From Phoronis australis (lineage: Eukaryota; Animalia; Phoronida), in the NCBI GenBank assembly GCA_002633005.1, contig NMRA01000262.1, positions 552,635-586,082 of the forward strand: 33,448 nucleotides of DNA, in the 5' to 3' direction. Position 1 is the stretch's first letter; each line of letters begins with the position of its first letter. The position numbers were made by a program, and so were the translations under genes. Shown here in pieces: positions 12,078 through 22,258 of this stretch. The notes beneath the pieces are model-generated. The model did not search any database. It saw only the letters and a program-made list of their open reading frames with translations, and was not told the origin of the DNA.

Positions 12078-12335
12078 CATGCGCGCACCCAGGGGGGATG
12101 GGGGGAGGGGGCTCGAAGGAGCCCCCCGATTTGCCGAAGTGGGTAAAAAGTCCGCCTCAAAGAAACAAAAAGTCCCTGAAAACGGCACAAAAGTCCACTA
12201 AAAAGGCGCAGGCGCACAGTTCACAGACCTGAAGGTGGTAACCCGTTTTTTTAGTCCTCCTGATTTTTTGTTACCAAAAGATCCACTTTGTCAGAGATTC
12301 GAGGTCCCCCATATTAAAGGCTGGTTGCGCGCATG
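12078..12335. mobile_element. MITE with CATG termini and a 5-bp TSD
   Basis: TIRs CATGCGCGCACCCAG / CTGGTTGCGCGCATG; AATTA at 12073-12077 and 12336-12340. Confidence 0.85.
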
Positions 12336-12952
12336 AATTACGTTTCTTAATGGAAAGTAATATTATTATTTTTATCGGCTGTGATTCCAAACTTTGCTTC
12401 TTGCTTTTGTGTAAATCTGAGTGAATTATCTTGCTTTCATACATCTAGTCAGCAATCAGCACGTCAGATCATGGCGAACAGGGTTCAGCATCCGTTCAAC
12501 CCACTTTTCCCTGCCTACGCGCAGGTCTGGTTTGCACACGCACAAGACCTCTTGTGACCAGATAATATTGTTTCAGCATATGATGCCGTGCTGTGCAACG
12601 GCGCTAGCTCTTGCTCATGGGCGGCGCACCACAGAGGGGCTGTTGGCCTATAGCCCCACTTCAGTGCTACACATGTAGGGTCCCGTGAGACGGCGAATAA
12701 TGTGCTGGAGTATAGCAGGGGTTGACCAAAGTCGGTCACGTCAGTGAAATGTTCTGTAAATAATGCCTTTGACGACTTTACCAGGCCCAAAGTTGAGATG
12801 AACAGTTAGAACGGGTGATTGTGCTTACTAATGTAAGATGGTACCAGTGTTTGATTTCATCTCAACAAAAGGCCCTGTAAAGTCGATCATGTCACTGTAT
12901 AAGATTGTAAATTAAGTGTGTTCATAGTAATGTAACATGTGTATTACATATC

Positions 12953-13053
12953 TGTATTAAAAGAAGTTACATATATTATGTATTAAAAGATGTTACATAT
13001 ATTATGTATTAAAAGAAGTTACATATATTATGTATTAAAAGAAGTTACATATT
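12953..13053 (+). repeat. Minisatellite, 26 bp x ~3.9 (TGTATTAAAAGAAGTTACATATATTA)
   Basis: Copies start at 12953, 12979, 13005 and 13031. Confidence 0.95.
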
Positions 13054-13799
13054 CTACGTTGATTCTCTTTCAATGACCAATAACCAACATGCCGTCCAAC
13101 AATCCATCATCTATTTAAATGTCTTTATTAAACGGTATCAAAACTATCAAACCATGTTTTTGTTATTAATTGTTTAAGCGTATGAAACTAATGAGGAAAT
13201 CTGTCCTTAAATTAAAAGGGTGGCAGAAGATGTGTACAGTTGAGCCCCACACCCATTGCTATTATTCTACACCACACTTGAAAGTGAAGGCGTGGCCCAT
13301 GACTGACTCGTGCTACTCTGAGGATACAAAAAAGTTGCTTGTTTGCATGTATCGTGGCACTATGATAAAGGATTATACCGGCGCTTGGAATGACATGAAT
13401 TCCAGTAGTACAAGCTAAGTCCGATACATTTACCGGACGGGCAGTAGGCGCTTACCAGATGCCTAGACCACACAAGCAGAAGCCTTAGTCACTGAAAATA
13501 GTCCAGAATCGGATTTCAACCCGTCCGTGTTGCCGAACGATTATAGCAACGGAAGATAAAATTTCTAGTATCGAACGGTTAGTCAAGATCGTAACCATGG
13601 TGTACTATGTCATTTATGTTGAATTATTCAACGGTTCTTTTTAGAACCATCACACACTATACCTAAGGCTCATGCATAATACAACCAATTGGCCCTTCTA
13701 AGGGCTTCTAACGCTTGCCAGAAGAACTGCTCACTTGAGACAGACTTTGAACCAATGAATTTGTTCTTCTGGTGCATTTCAATCTGATCAAAATTAATA

Positions 13800-13990
13800 T
13801 ACTGCAAACGTTTGGGTTAACGCCCATTTTCACTTAACCGCCCATCCCCAACTGTAGGTGGATTTCCGATTTAAGCGCCCGCTGCTCGATTAAGCACCCC
13901 CCTGCGATTTTTTGATGATATCCAGTTTATCGCCCACCTCTCGATTAAGCGCCCATCCCCGACTTTTAAAGAGTGAAGATTTAGCGCCCA
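13800..13990 (+). repeat. Array of TTAAGCGCCC-like motifs, probably a MITE subterminal region
   Basis: About 7 variants of (t)taagcgccc at irregular spacing; the partner end was not found. Confidence 0.5.
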
Positions 13991-14544
13991 GTGCTAAGGA
14001 AACGCGCGATTTCCAGACTTTTAGCTAAAGATCGATGATCACAATGAGCGCAACGACGCCGGGTCTTGGAGAGGGTGGCTTAGCAATGTGAATCATATAC
14101 AAGTAACGAATTATTGTCCTTGGTCATGAACTTACTTCAAAATATAATATGTGAATGTTTTTGTCACTTGAGTTTCCGTCTGCAATGCACTAGATAAAAC
14201 ATATATTTGAAAAAATCAGGCCAGAGAAATGTGACAATGGTTTTACGAACCCTCCAAATTCTCTTTAGGTGGGAACACCTCTTGTATTTTGAAGAATTCC
14301 CATAACTCACGGAAAGATGTCAAATTCTCACTATTTTGAGGAATGTAACTGCCGGGTTATAGAGGATATATAGCGACGGAAGGGACAGTGTGCCTCACTG
14401 GGTTAAGGATTTGCTGCCTCTCGATTTCTGAATTGAGATGTTCGGAATAAGTTACTGTATGTTTGTGCATATCTTGAAGTAATAAAAAACTGGAAATCAA
14501 ACTTTGTTTTTCACTTATTGAAAGAACGTAGGAAATATTAAGAT

Positions 14545-15561
14545 TTGGCGAGTTTGATGACGTCACAGCGCACTCGGTCCGGCCAGTGATGAGACCGGAC
14601 CAAGTAAACTTGCAAGCAAAACTACATTGTATTGAGCCCTAAAAATTGGTTGACAACTTTCCAAAGACATGTAGAAGAGATAATGGTTTTGCTGGAGCTG
14701 CTTGGTACATGTGAAATGTAATTAATTATTTTTCATTGGCGTCAACTATGCTGTCTGGACTTTGTGGTAGCCAACCTCAGTGCGCCGACATCGGTTTGGC
14801 CAGTGACGGGACCCGACTAAGTAATTCTGCAAGCAGTGTATGGAACTGTAAAAATTGCTTGACAACCTTCTAAACACACGCAGAAGAAGTTATGGTTTTG
14901 TTCTAAATGCTGGGTACATGTGAAATGAAATTTATTACTTTTCTGGAACGTCAATGTCGTCTGGACCTCCTCAGCCAGCCCAAGTAAAACTTAAAAGAAA
15001 CTTCATGTTTTGAGACGCAAACATCGTCTTGCTCTATTCAGTGGAATTGGTGTGAAGTTGTTAATGATCAATTATTACAAATATAGACGAAAATTTTACG
15101 ACTCAGAATTGTCAAAACATCGAAAGCCTGCTGCCGTGGCTCTGCCAGCGCACGACACTCGTGGCGTCATTTCAAGTGAGCAGTACAAGAACAGCAAATG
15201 GTTCTTTAACAGTAAAAAGAATGAGAAACTATTTTAGAAGAAGCGATCTTTGAAGAAAAAATGAAATATTCCCATTCATCGAGTTTGATGACGTTACAAC
15301 ACACTCGGTCCGCCCGGGTCGTTGGAAGACCGGACCAAGTAAACCTGCCCGCAAAACTACAGGTATTGAGTAGTAAAATTTTTTTGGTAACTTTCCAAAG
15401 ACTTGTACCAGAGGTTATTGTTTTGTTGGAACTGCTGGGTACGGGCCAAATGAAATTAATTACTTTTCATTGCGCCAAGTATGTCCGGCGTCTCATGAAT
15501 TACGTATTTGATAGCCATGGCAACTGTAAAACTTAAAAAGAAACTTTAGATTTTGAGACGC
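14545..15561 (+). repeat. Three diverged copies of a ~200-bp unit (~14550, ~14790, ~15280)
   Basis: Shared blocks such as ggtccggcc...gaccggaccaagtaaac, actttccaaagac and gctgggtacatgtgaaatgaaatt; aaaacttaaaagaaact...ttttgagacgc also recurs at ~14986 and ~15528. Confidence 0.75.
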
Positions 15562-16876
15562 TAATGGGGTGTCGGTGACTGTGGAACGAATAAAGGTGTT
15601 TTGTAGAATTATCACCCTCGGGGCTAACTCCCCTTGGGCGATAATTCTCCAAAATCCACTCGGACTCTAGATAATGGGGGACAACGACTTCGCCATGTAA
15701 TAATCTATATATATATNCAAAATAAAATTGCCCCCCTAAAGTACTCACAAAAACCATTTTCTAGAGGCCCTACAAAATCTGGCCCACCGACTAATGTTAT
15801 CTATAGTATATACTGAAATAGAAATGAGTTTATACCTTGTAAAAATTCAATACGTTGTGTTACCGACAGCGTACTTGCCAGCTGTCCCTCTCTTGGCGGG
15901 CTGTCCCACTTTGAATTTTCCCTCCACCCCGCTACACCATCAAAATGTCCCGCTTTTTGTCACACAGTGAAACTGACGTGTGATTTCCCACATGAAACAG
16001 ATTTACTTTCCCCGTTCTACTGAAAAGAAACGCACGGGACATTTAATGCAACTTCCCGTTAGAGTAAAAATAAAAAAACGTGGTAGGTAGCTTTTGTTTG
16101 TTACAACACCTGTAAACAAGCTTCGACAAAAATGCTGTCGGGACATTTTGTGTGTTGCGGCGAACATTTCACCATAGCCTTTTTGACATAGATCCAGATT
16201 TCCCGCGTTTTATGCGGTTGTCATGCTTTTCTGTCCAGTTGTCCCCGTGTTTTCATTCTCGAATGATGAACTCCATGCAACAGGTGCTCCAAACAAGATT
16301 GTCTTTTTGTTATGATTATTATTATATTCCAGAGTCCACTTTTTAATAACACAGTGGCAGATCTAGGATATCACTAGGGGGACCAACATTTTGTCCGGCT
16401 GTAAGCATTTGCGCAAACCACGATTGTAGATGCGCATAGCACCGAATGGGGGGAGGTCGGAAGGGGGGTTTGCCTCCCTCCCGCCCAGGAAAATTTTCTG
16501 TTTTTTTCCTCTAAAAATCAAGCATTTCCTTGATTCCTGAAGTATTATCCAAGAAAAAAGAGCAAAAAGAAAAAAAACGGAGAACGTGTCAAAAAAAAAC
16601 TGCAATCNTCCGCCTATGTGAATTCAACCATCGTTCGTGAATTCAATCCAGTTTCGTCAATTCTCTTTCTTCAATCCTAGCGGCCTTTGGGCGAACTTCG
16701 TGTAGTCTGTCCTGCCGTGAATTCAATCCACTTTCGTCAATCCCAGCGGCCTATTGACGAAACCAATATGTGTCCCATGTGCGTATGCGTTTGAGTTTCC
16801 TCGATGCATAACGTCTGCGACACTCATCAGAAGCGAAGCAAGAGTTGTTTCTGACAATGTCACACTAGAGAGAACT

Positions 16877-17048
16877 CATGGGCGCGGCGCACACTCAAGG
16901 CAGTACTGAAAAAAGTGGGGGCTAAAGCCCCCTCAACTCCCCGTAGTGGTTCACCGCCTATAGACCATGTGAGGCGTAGCACTCATAAAAGTGGGGGGCT
17001 ATAGCCCCCCACCCCCTCCCCCCAGCCCCCTATGGTGCGCCGCCCATG
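16877..17048. mobile_element. MITE with CATG termini and a 5-bp TSD
   Basis: Ends CATGGGCG(CG)GCGCAC / GTGCGCCGCCCATG; GAACT at 16872-16876 and 17049-17053; an internal aaaagtgggggcta(a/t)agcccc motif is duplicated. Confidence 0.85.
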
Positions 17049-18352
17049 GAACTGATGTCAAATATCGTTGGTCTTTTTGCCGATTCATTTGACCAGCTGC
17101 AATTACTAAGTCAACCATCCTGGCACTCAATCCCCGGCCCATCGGATTCTGGCCGCTACTACTTCGGCACTGAGGAACACCACGACGGCAAACTTAGCGT
17201 CAACTGATGCGAGGGCCCACCAGTTCCACCGACTCCGCCTTTGTTTCACATGAGGCAATGCATGTGCACCTGGCAACAGCGTGTGTGTCCATGAGTTCTA
17301 TTTGTGATATTGTTCGTGTTAAGGCATATGGGTAATTTAATTTTATAACACCACTGAATTTAAGAACACGCACTAGTAGATCGCAGGCAAGAAATGTCAG
17401 ACGGGAAGTTACTGCCTATAAAAAGGGATTTACTCTGGGTGTCTTCGCTAAATTAAAGTACATGTGTCAGTCTCTGCTTACTCAAAATTCATTCGAGCTA
17501 CCCTGGGCATTCATAAAGTTCCGCAATACTTTCGGGGGATACAAGAAAGCGCCTATGCGGGGCAGCGTACTAAATCAAAAAAATGAAATGGAATTTTGTA
17601 AAGCGGGTCGTATGAGGGTATAAAAATCTTCATCCCAGTCAACAACCGGTTTTATGCTAACGTAGGAAGGTAACTTGAAACGATGAGGAGAGAGCTAAAT
17701 TCGCCGGTAAGCAAGCTAACCACCGCAAACGGCCACATTTTTAGTTTCAACAACAGAAATATATCGAAACATTTCGTAAACTACATCCCTCTGTTTGCGC
17801 TTTTTATGTCGCTTTTTTCTAAATTTTGTACTTGTCTATGTACTAGCTTGGCTATGATTACCCCGGGTATTTACTCATCCAACTTACGTAATTTTAGGTC
17901 CGTGACACAAAATTGCCGCTCTCTAAATAATGAGTTACTGGAACACTTAAATAGTATGAAAATTAGACCTAATACACAACGAACGGTTACCGTTAACTAA
18001 GCCTGGTTACGAAACAATTGTCTGCTCTAGACCTTTAAACACGGAGCTGCAAACTAATGATTAATGACAAAATGAAATTATGCACTACTATGTAATTAAG
18101 CTTTTACAACTGTACTCTTGAACACGTTAAGAATTAAAAGGAATCACTAATTTTGTAATAGAAGACGCAAGGCAGGTAAATGTCGCTTGTATATTCGCTT
18201 TCAATCGCAGTCTGTTTCTGCACCAGCAAATGCCAGAATCAGAAAGAGGTCAAAGAGCTACATCCGGTAATATGCTATCTGGTCGCTAGATGTCGCGAGA
18301 GTAAAAAAGGTAATTTTGCGACTGGGTCGCGTTTGCGCTTCTTCCTGCCTTC

Positions 18353-18493
18353 CGTTCAGTAACGCTAGGACCTCGCTAAAAAGCAAGACTTCGCGAGATT
18401 ACGGGAGATATTGCCGTGCATTTCAAATGAGAACACGTGACTTTGACTACGTTTCAGCTAGGTCCTAGCGTAGGTCCTAGCGTCTACTGAACG
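18353..18493. mobile_element. Small foldback element / MITE
   Basis: CGTTCAGTAACGCTAGGACCTCGCTA vs TAGCGTAGGTCCTAGCGTCTACTGAACG, ~26-bp imperfect inverted repeats; no TSD resolved. Confidence 0.65.
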
Positions 18494-18998
18494 CACGCGT
18501 GCAAAGTCAAAGACATTATGTGAGTAGCTCTGGAAAAGCTGTTACAATGAAATCACCCGAACCTGCCTCGGCTTAACAACTACAACAGTTGGCGAAGTCG
18601 GCGTATTTTTAGTGTTTTGATCGGCGTGCGTGACTGAGTGGTCGCGTGAAAATTTTTTGACTGTTCTCGTCGACGTCGTGCCCGTTTTGACAGCCACGTG
18701 CGTCACACTGACACAGACGTCCTCGGCTTCTGATCGTCCCCAATACACTACAGTACAAGGTATGTCACTCGGCACTAGAAATTCCACGGGTGTTTCAGCC
18801 GTCCACACGAAACTCGATAAATTTACACAAAACAGGGGTTCAACAAACTAGTAATAGCCGAGATTACCCGACCCGGGGATCAAACCAGCGACCCCCATAA
18901 AACCGGCAAGCGTGCTAACCATTCAGCTAATAGGCAATTGCCCCTTAGCGAGTAGCTAACAGAGGCTCATATAATTCACCTGAAGCACATCTACAACA

Positions 18999-19012
18999 TT
19001 CCCCCCTTTCCT
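18999..19012 (-). other. Polypurine tract of the TRIM
   Basis: AGGAAAGGGGGGAA directly abuts the TG of the 3' LTR. Confidence 0.9.
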
Positions 19013-19064
19013 ACAGAATGGGCACGCGACCAGGGAGGTGAACACCAGGATGTCTCGCATACAG

Positions 19065-19312
19065 GGGCCCGTTCCAACAAAACTGACTTAGCTAAGACAA
19101 TTCTTAAATTTTACTAAATTTTAAAATAAAAGTTAAATTTGTCTCAAATTCATTTCAAGGGAGAGATCTTAAGCTTAATTTAAGTGTTTGACGTATGCTT
19201 TTTCTTAATTTTGACAAACTTACCGGATGTGGAAGTTTCAAAGATTGGAAGTTAAGACAAATCTTAGACTTAAGTCAAAAATGAACTTAAGTCAGTTTCT
19301 TGGAACGGGCCC
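19065..19312. mobile_element. PIF/Harbinger-like MITE nested in the TRIM internal region
   Basis: ~25-bp TIRs GGGCCCGTTCCAACAAAACTGACTTA / TAAGTCAGTTTCTTGGAACGGGCCC; flanked by CAG (19062-19064) and CTG (19313-19315), a CWG-type target; AT-rich interior. Confidence 0.8.
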
Positions 19313-19472
19313 CTGGTCATCAACATCCCTTGGTACCTTTACCACGTACCACAACACAGGTGAACACAAGGTAGTCTCTCATACAGGTCCTTGACTCATG
19401 GAACCTTCCACGCGCGCCGTCCCGAGGTCCGTGGGTGCTAGTTGGCAGTGCTTCATCGGTAGACCATCCATT

Positions 19473-19486
19473 TGCCGACTACGCCA
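19473..19486 (-). other. Primer-binding site complementary to the tRNA-Ser 3' end
   Basis: TGGCGTAGTCGGCA is the reverse complement of ...TGCCGACTACG-CCA, the 3' end of metazoan tRNA-Ser; it lies 2 nt after the LTR's CA. Confidence 0.85.
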
Positions 19487-19504
19487 TTTGTAGTAATAGC
19501 CGAG

Positions 19505-19575
19505 ATTACCCGACCCGGGAATCGAACCAGCGACCCCCATAAAACCGGCAAGCGTGCTAACCATTCAGTTAATAG
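19505..19575 (-). promoter_or_regulatory. tRNA-like Pol III internal promoter (A and B boxes) inside the LTR
   Basis: Minus strand GCCTAT-TAACTGAATGG-TTAGCACGCTTGCC...GCT-GGTTCGATTCC-CGGGTCGGGTA. The A box reads TAGCTGAATGG in the other two copies, and the B box fits GGTTCGANNCC. Confidence 0.75.
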
Positions 19576-19644
19576 GCAATTGCCTGTTAGTGAGTAGCTA
19601 ACAGAGGCTCATATAATTCACCGGAAGCACATCTACAACAAAAC

Positions 19645-19688
19645 TGTTGTAGATGTGCTTCCGGTGAATCATATGAGCCTCTGTTAGC
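19645..19688 (+). mobile_element. Truncated 5' 44 bp of the same LTR, head-to-head with the TRIM
   Basis: TGTTGTAGATGTGCTTCCGGTGAATCATATGAGCCTCTGTTAGC, an inverted copy of 19597-19640 with one mismatch. Confidence 0.9.
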
Positions 19689-20033
19689 AGTTAGGGACGT
19701 GACAAAAATTTTCATTTTCCACATTTAGCAAAGAATTTGGCACCATTGTAAAGGTCACATCATAAGCTTCCCAATGGTGTATTAATTAACTTTCTATGTC
19801 GAGTGGTTCCAAAGTTATTGCAGTTTTAAAGAGCAAAATTGCACCCGTTTAATTGGTCATTGTTGTAGTGTAACTGGATGCAGATAGCTGTGACCTTTTT
19901 NNNNNNNNNNNNNNNNNNNNNNNNNNNNNNNNNNNNNNNNNNNNNNNNNNNNNNNNNNNNNNNNNNNNNNNNNNNNNNNNNNNNNNNNNNNNNNNNNNNN
20001 NNNNNNNNNNNNNNNNNNNNNNNNNNNNNNNNN

Positions 20034-20449
20034 TACACTGAGCTTTGGGCCAAGGCTTGGGTAACCCGGCGATGGTATGCGATGACCATCCCTTTAGAAG
20101 ACGCCTTTTTCGAAGAGTTTGAGCAACCAGGTGCCATACAAAAAGGCATAGCGAACCTTTTACAGCATTGTGGCAAACAATAAAAAATAAGGACGATTGA
20201 TACAATGATAAATTACGATGTAAACTCTTCAAATATGACATAAGCAATGAATGTGTAAAGCAGCCGATACCCCGCCGTTCACGTCACTGACACATCAGCC
20301 AATCAGCGATCGCTTTCAGAATTCAGTGTTTTGACCATGAATTCGAATTGGCTTTTGTTTGGCACGCAAGCCTTGAGTCAGGCAAATGTGAGTTTTATTT
20401 GTATGTTAGAACCGATTAACTGCAACATTATTTTGACTACAGTCCCCTT
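20034..20449 (-). mobile_element. One end of a Kolobok-like element carrying a THAP N-terminal fragment, cut by the assembly gap
   Basis: Minus strand TTAA|AAGGGGACTGTAGTC terminus at ~20449; MPFCMAPGCSNS...IAYHR from 20149 (THAP C-x4-CSN...YH/FH start). Confidence 0.55.
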
Positions 20450-22109
20450 TTAAAACCCAAACAAAATGGCGGAACAAAAATGGCCGCCAAAAATCATTTC
20501 TCGACAGAAAAAATCGTTTCTATGAGAAAAACAATATACTTCTATTCAACAATGGACTGGAAAACTTATGAGTCTCCCAGAAGCACAAATACATTGTAGC
20601 CAATTTCAAGGCTTGGAATTTTCTGCGGAAACGCGGATTTCCGCTTTTTTCTTTTATTCCCTCCGCGTATTTTCGTTATACTTCTGCGGAACAAATGAGA
20701 TTTACCATAAAATTATCGCGTCAAATTGGTATCTCACCGCGGCATTGCCAATGGCTCGAAAAGCAGAAACTGCTCTTTATGTTTCGGAGGAACGAAAATT
20801 GTAATTGTTGATCACCGGCGCTCGAATTTCGCGATGACTCGTAACCATATCCAAGAAACATGCTTTTTTGTTAGTGAGTGACATCAGAGGCAATCGAGGA
20901 ACAGATAAATTCAAGCGCCTGTGTCTGGGATAGCGTGGTTCATCAATGGCGTCTGCATTTGGTATAAAATCGGGGCGACAAATAGTGCGATTCTGCGGTC
21001 AAAAATGCCTGGAGCGTGGAGTAGACAGAAAATTTCGTGGAAAAGTGGATAAAAGAAACGGTCAATGTCTTCACAAACAACATAAGTCAAGGTTTGTGTT
21101 CTGTAAACTTTGAGAGAGGAACAATTACGGAGTGCGTGGGCGAGTCGCCTCAGACTAAGTTGGAGTCGGAGGACCGACTAAAAACGATGAAACACTAGAA
21201 TTAACAACGCTTCCTGAAAGGAAATTCAACCATATCCGGTTATTCGTTGCATTGGAATCGTGTGTTGTGAGTGATGTTTGAAATTCTTTTGTTTGATCCC
21301 ACATGCACTCCCATTGCCGTTGGCTGCTAAGCCTAAGTCTAGGCCTGATAGCTTGAGTACGATTTTCTACGTGCCGCCCGAAACAGGATACAAAGTGCTA
21401 TTTTCGTTGCTGCAAATGCGTTTAAATTGCCTTTTATGTATTTCAATTTATTTTGACATTTTTCGTGTTCTATTTTGTGACTCGAGTTTTGCAGTTTTAG
21501 AGAAGTGATCACGTGACAGATTCTGAATGATCTGTTTGGTCTAAGCCATTGTTTACAAATTCTGCCAGACTATTTTCAGTGTCCTCACTGATAGTTATTT
21601 CTTATATCACATAGTTTCTTCTCCACCAGCGTGGCTTATGAACAATAAACTCCTGTAATTACTGTTTGGCCAACTTAGGATTGTGATTGATACATTCTAT
21701 AAACTATGTTGTTTTTGATTTTCATTTTTCCATGCTAACAGTTGGGGTATGAGCCACAGGTTGTCGTCTTGACTTTTTTCCATTTTCATTGGAATTAAAA
21801 TTTTTGTTGGAATTAAATGTGTATGTATTTCAGGCTTTCTAGATAATCTATGGATCGATTTTCATTTTTTGTGTAATTTTGTATCATAATTATAAGAATT
21901 GAAAATAATTTTATTGGTCTCCCTCAATGCAACAAATCAAGAAAGCTCCTGCCACTCAGACTGCAAATTTTTATCATTATTGTTATTATTTTAATTTTAA
22001 AAAACTATTTTTGTTGCATCTAATTGCCTTCATTGTTGTTGCTGAAATAGATGTCAAGTACTGGTTAAGATGAGTGCGTTTTGCCAACACGACACAGTAA
22101 CTTTCGATC

Positions 22110-22258
22110 TGTTGATGTGCTTCCGGTGAATCATATTAGCCTCTGTTAGCTTTTTGCTAACGGGCAATTGCCTATTAGCTGAATGGTTAGCATGCTTGCC
22201 AGTTTTATTGGGGTCACTGGTTCGATTCCCGGGTTGGGTAATCTCGGCTATAACTACA
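22110..22258 (+). mobile_element. Solo LTR of the tRNA-LTR TRIM family
   Basis: TGTTG...ACTACA aligns end to end with the LTRs at 18849-18998 and 19489-19640; A box TAGCTGAATGG and B box GGTTCGATTCC intact; no PBS or PPT adjacent; TSD not evident. Confidence 0.9.

Larger units (their letters stand above)
18849..19640 (-). mobile_element. Complete TRIM (non-autonomous LTR retrotransposon) with tRNA-like LTRs, Helenus-like
   Basis: Minus strand: 5' LTR 19640-19489 (TGTTGTAG...CTACA); AA; PBS TGGCGTAGTCGGCA 19486-19473; internal region; PPT AGGAAAGGGGGGAA 19012-18999; 3' LTR 18998-18849. The LTRs differ at 7 substitutions by manual count. TSD AAAC at 18845-18848 and 19641-19644. Confidence 0.92.

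Noticed and set aside
14576-14610. Hammerhead ribozyme suggested by GTGATGAG in a hairpin
   Set aside because: No CTGATGA core, no stem II followed by GAAA, and the motif is not kept in the other copies.
18540-19704. A larger solo LTR (TGTTAC...GTGACA) hosting the TRIM
   Set aside because: The termini look LTR-like, but the flanks (AAAGC vs AAAAT) do not form a TSD and there is no second copy in the window.
19826-20247. Long ORFs in the supplied track
   Set aside because: Their length comes from reading through the N gap; only the short THAP-like start is meaningful.
20587-21840. hAT-like element (CAAGGCTTGGAAT ... ATTTCAGGCTTT)
   Set aside because: The TIR match is too degenerate and no 8-bp TSD was found; probably repeat-derived but not callable.
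18849-22258. Functional tRNA genes, or a plain tRNA-derived SINE
   Set aside because: The acceptor and anticodon stems pair poorly and there is no T-run terminator or SINE tail. TG...CA ends with a PBS, PPT and TSD point to LTRs.
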